A stretch of DNA of 64,000 nt, from positions 10,377 through 74,376 of the forward strand of contig JAUCBJ010006859.1 in assembly GCA_032718475.1 (NCBI GenBank), in the 5' to 3' direction. Below the pieces are notes generated by a model, which was given only the letters and a program-made list of their open reading frames with translations, was not told the origin of the DNA and made no database searches. The position numbers and the translations under genes are program-made. This document shows, one piece after another, positions 63,201 to 64,000 of the stretch. This stretch comes from Nemertoderma westbladi (Eukaryota > Animalia > Xenacoelomorpha). Each line of letters begins with the position of its first letter. The stretch's first letter is position 1.

Positions 63201-64000
63201 TCTAATAGGGCCTCCGAGTTTGTAGTGAACTTGGTCAGAGGAAATCCCCCTGTAGCCAAGCACTCTTGCAGGCCGTGAGCCACTTCTATGGCTTGTTCCG
63301 CTGTATCCTTGGACACCAATCCGTCGTCCATGTAGAAGTTTCTCAAGATGGACTCGATTACTTCTACTGGATACTTACCAATCTGGGCTGTTGCCGTTTT
63401 CTTTAAAACGAACAGCGTGCCATTCGGACTATCGCGGGCGCCAAATATCCTAACGTACATCTGGTATGTAACCACTGGGCCGGATAAGTCTTCATTCTCG
63501 TACCAGAGAAAGCGAAGGCTATCCTGGTCTGCCTTACAGGCTCTTACCTGGTGGAACATCGCCTCGATGTCACAAGTAAATGCGAATCGCCGCTGTCTAA
63601 AACGCAACAGTATTCCAATCAAATAGTTGTTCAGGTTGGGACCATCCATCAACTCTGAATTCAGGGACATACCTCTATAGACTGCTGCGCAGTCGTTGAC
63701 TACTCGGACTTTGTCTGGCTTGTCAGGGTGAGTCACATAGTGGTGTGGAAGGTAATAAGTCTGGTCTGTCACTAAGTCAGGGTCCTCTACCTTCCCAGAA
63801 AATCCCTTGGTGAAATAGTTGTTGATCTGGGCGCAATACTTCTCCCTAATATCCGGATTCTTCAACAACCGAGCCCTTACTCCGTTTAATCTTTTCAAGG
63901 CTAAGTTGTAGTTGTTCTCCAACTTAGGTGGTTGTCGACGCCACAACATTCCAACTTCAAAATGTCCAGTCGGTAGCAGACGTATGGTATCTTCCATCAT
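60254..64000 (-). mobile_element. BEL/Pao LTR retrotransposon pol (RT, RNase H, integrase), one in-frame stop, 5' part beyond the window
   Basis: YYLPHH, KVRVVNDCAA, SLNSEL.DGPNL, DIEAMFHQV, FYMDD, RLFDPM, LHLFSDAS, VPRAELQAA, WTDA, QWRHCPG.NPAD..SRG, integrase HHCC, GVDCFGP, SDKGTNFVG, GGSWE.LVRSVK. TAG at 62471-62473; the same frame continues after it. Confidence 0.96.
62064..62226 (-). repeat. In-frame 21-bp coding minisatellite (SLERPEE, about 7.7 copies) in the RNase H-integrase linker
   Basis: Plus-strand unit GGCCGCTCCAATGACTCTTCA, identical copies, reading frame preserved. Confidence 0.97.

Overview
Repeat-rich animal (probably invertebrate) genomic DNA. The last three coding exons of the ribosome-maturation GTPase EFL1 lie on the minus strand. 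Their final intron (2269-38851, about 36.6 kb) is almost entirely a tandem array of about 700 copies of a 52-bp unit that contains the exon's own 5' splice site (GAG|GTAAGT). A complete 3-exon STT3A gene lies on the plus strand, apparently inside an upstream EFL1 intron, with a 5'-truncated L2-like LINE in its first intron. Two TIR/TSD-bounded non-autonomous DNA transposons and three further minisatellites are present. The right end holds the 3' part of a minus-strand BEL/Pao LTR retrotransposon. Its pol is interrupted by one in-frame TAG and is followed by an extra 1235-aa ORF with a DEDDy-like 3'-5' exonuclease and three CCHC zinc knuckles. Five copies of a CAAACC-N4-GGTTTG hairpin are dispersed through the element. 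All family assignments come from motif recognition by eye; no searches were run.
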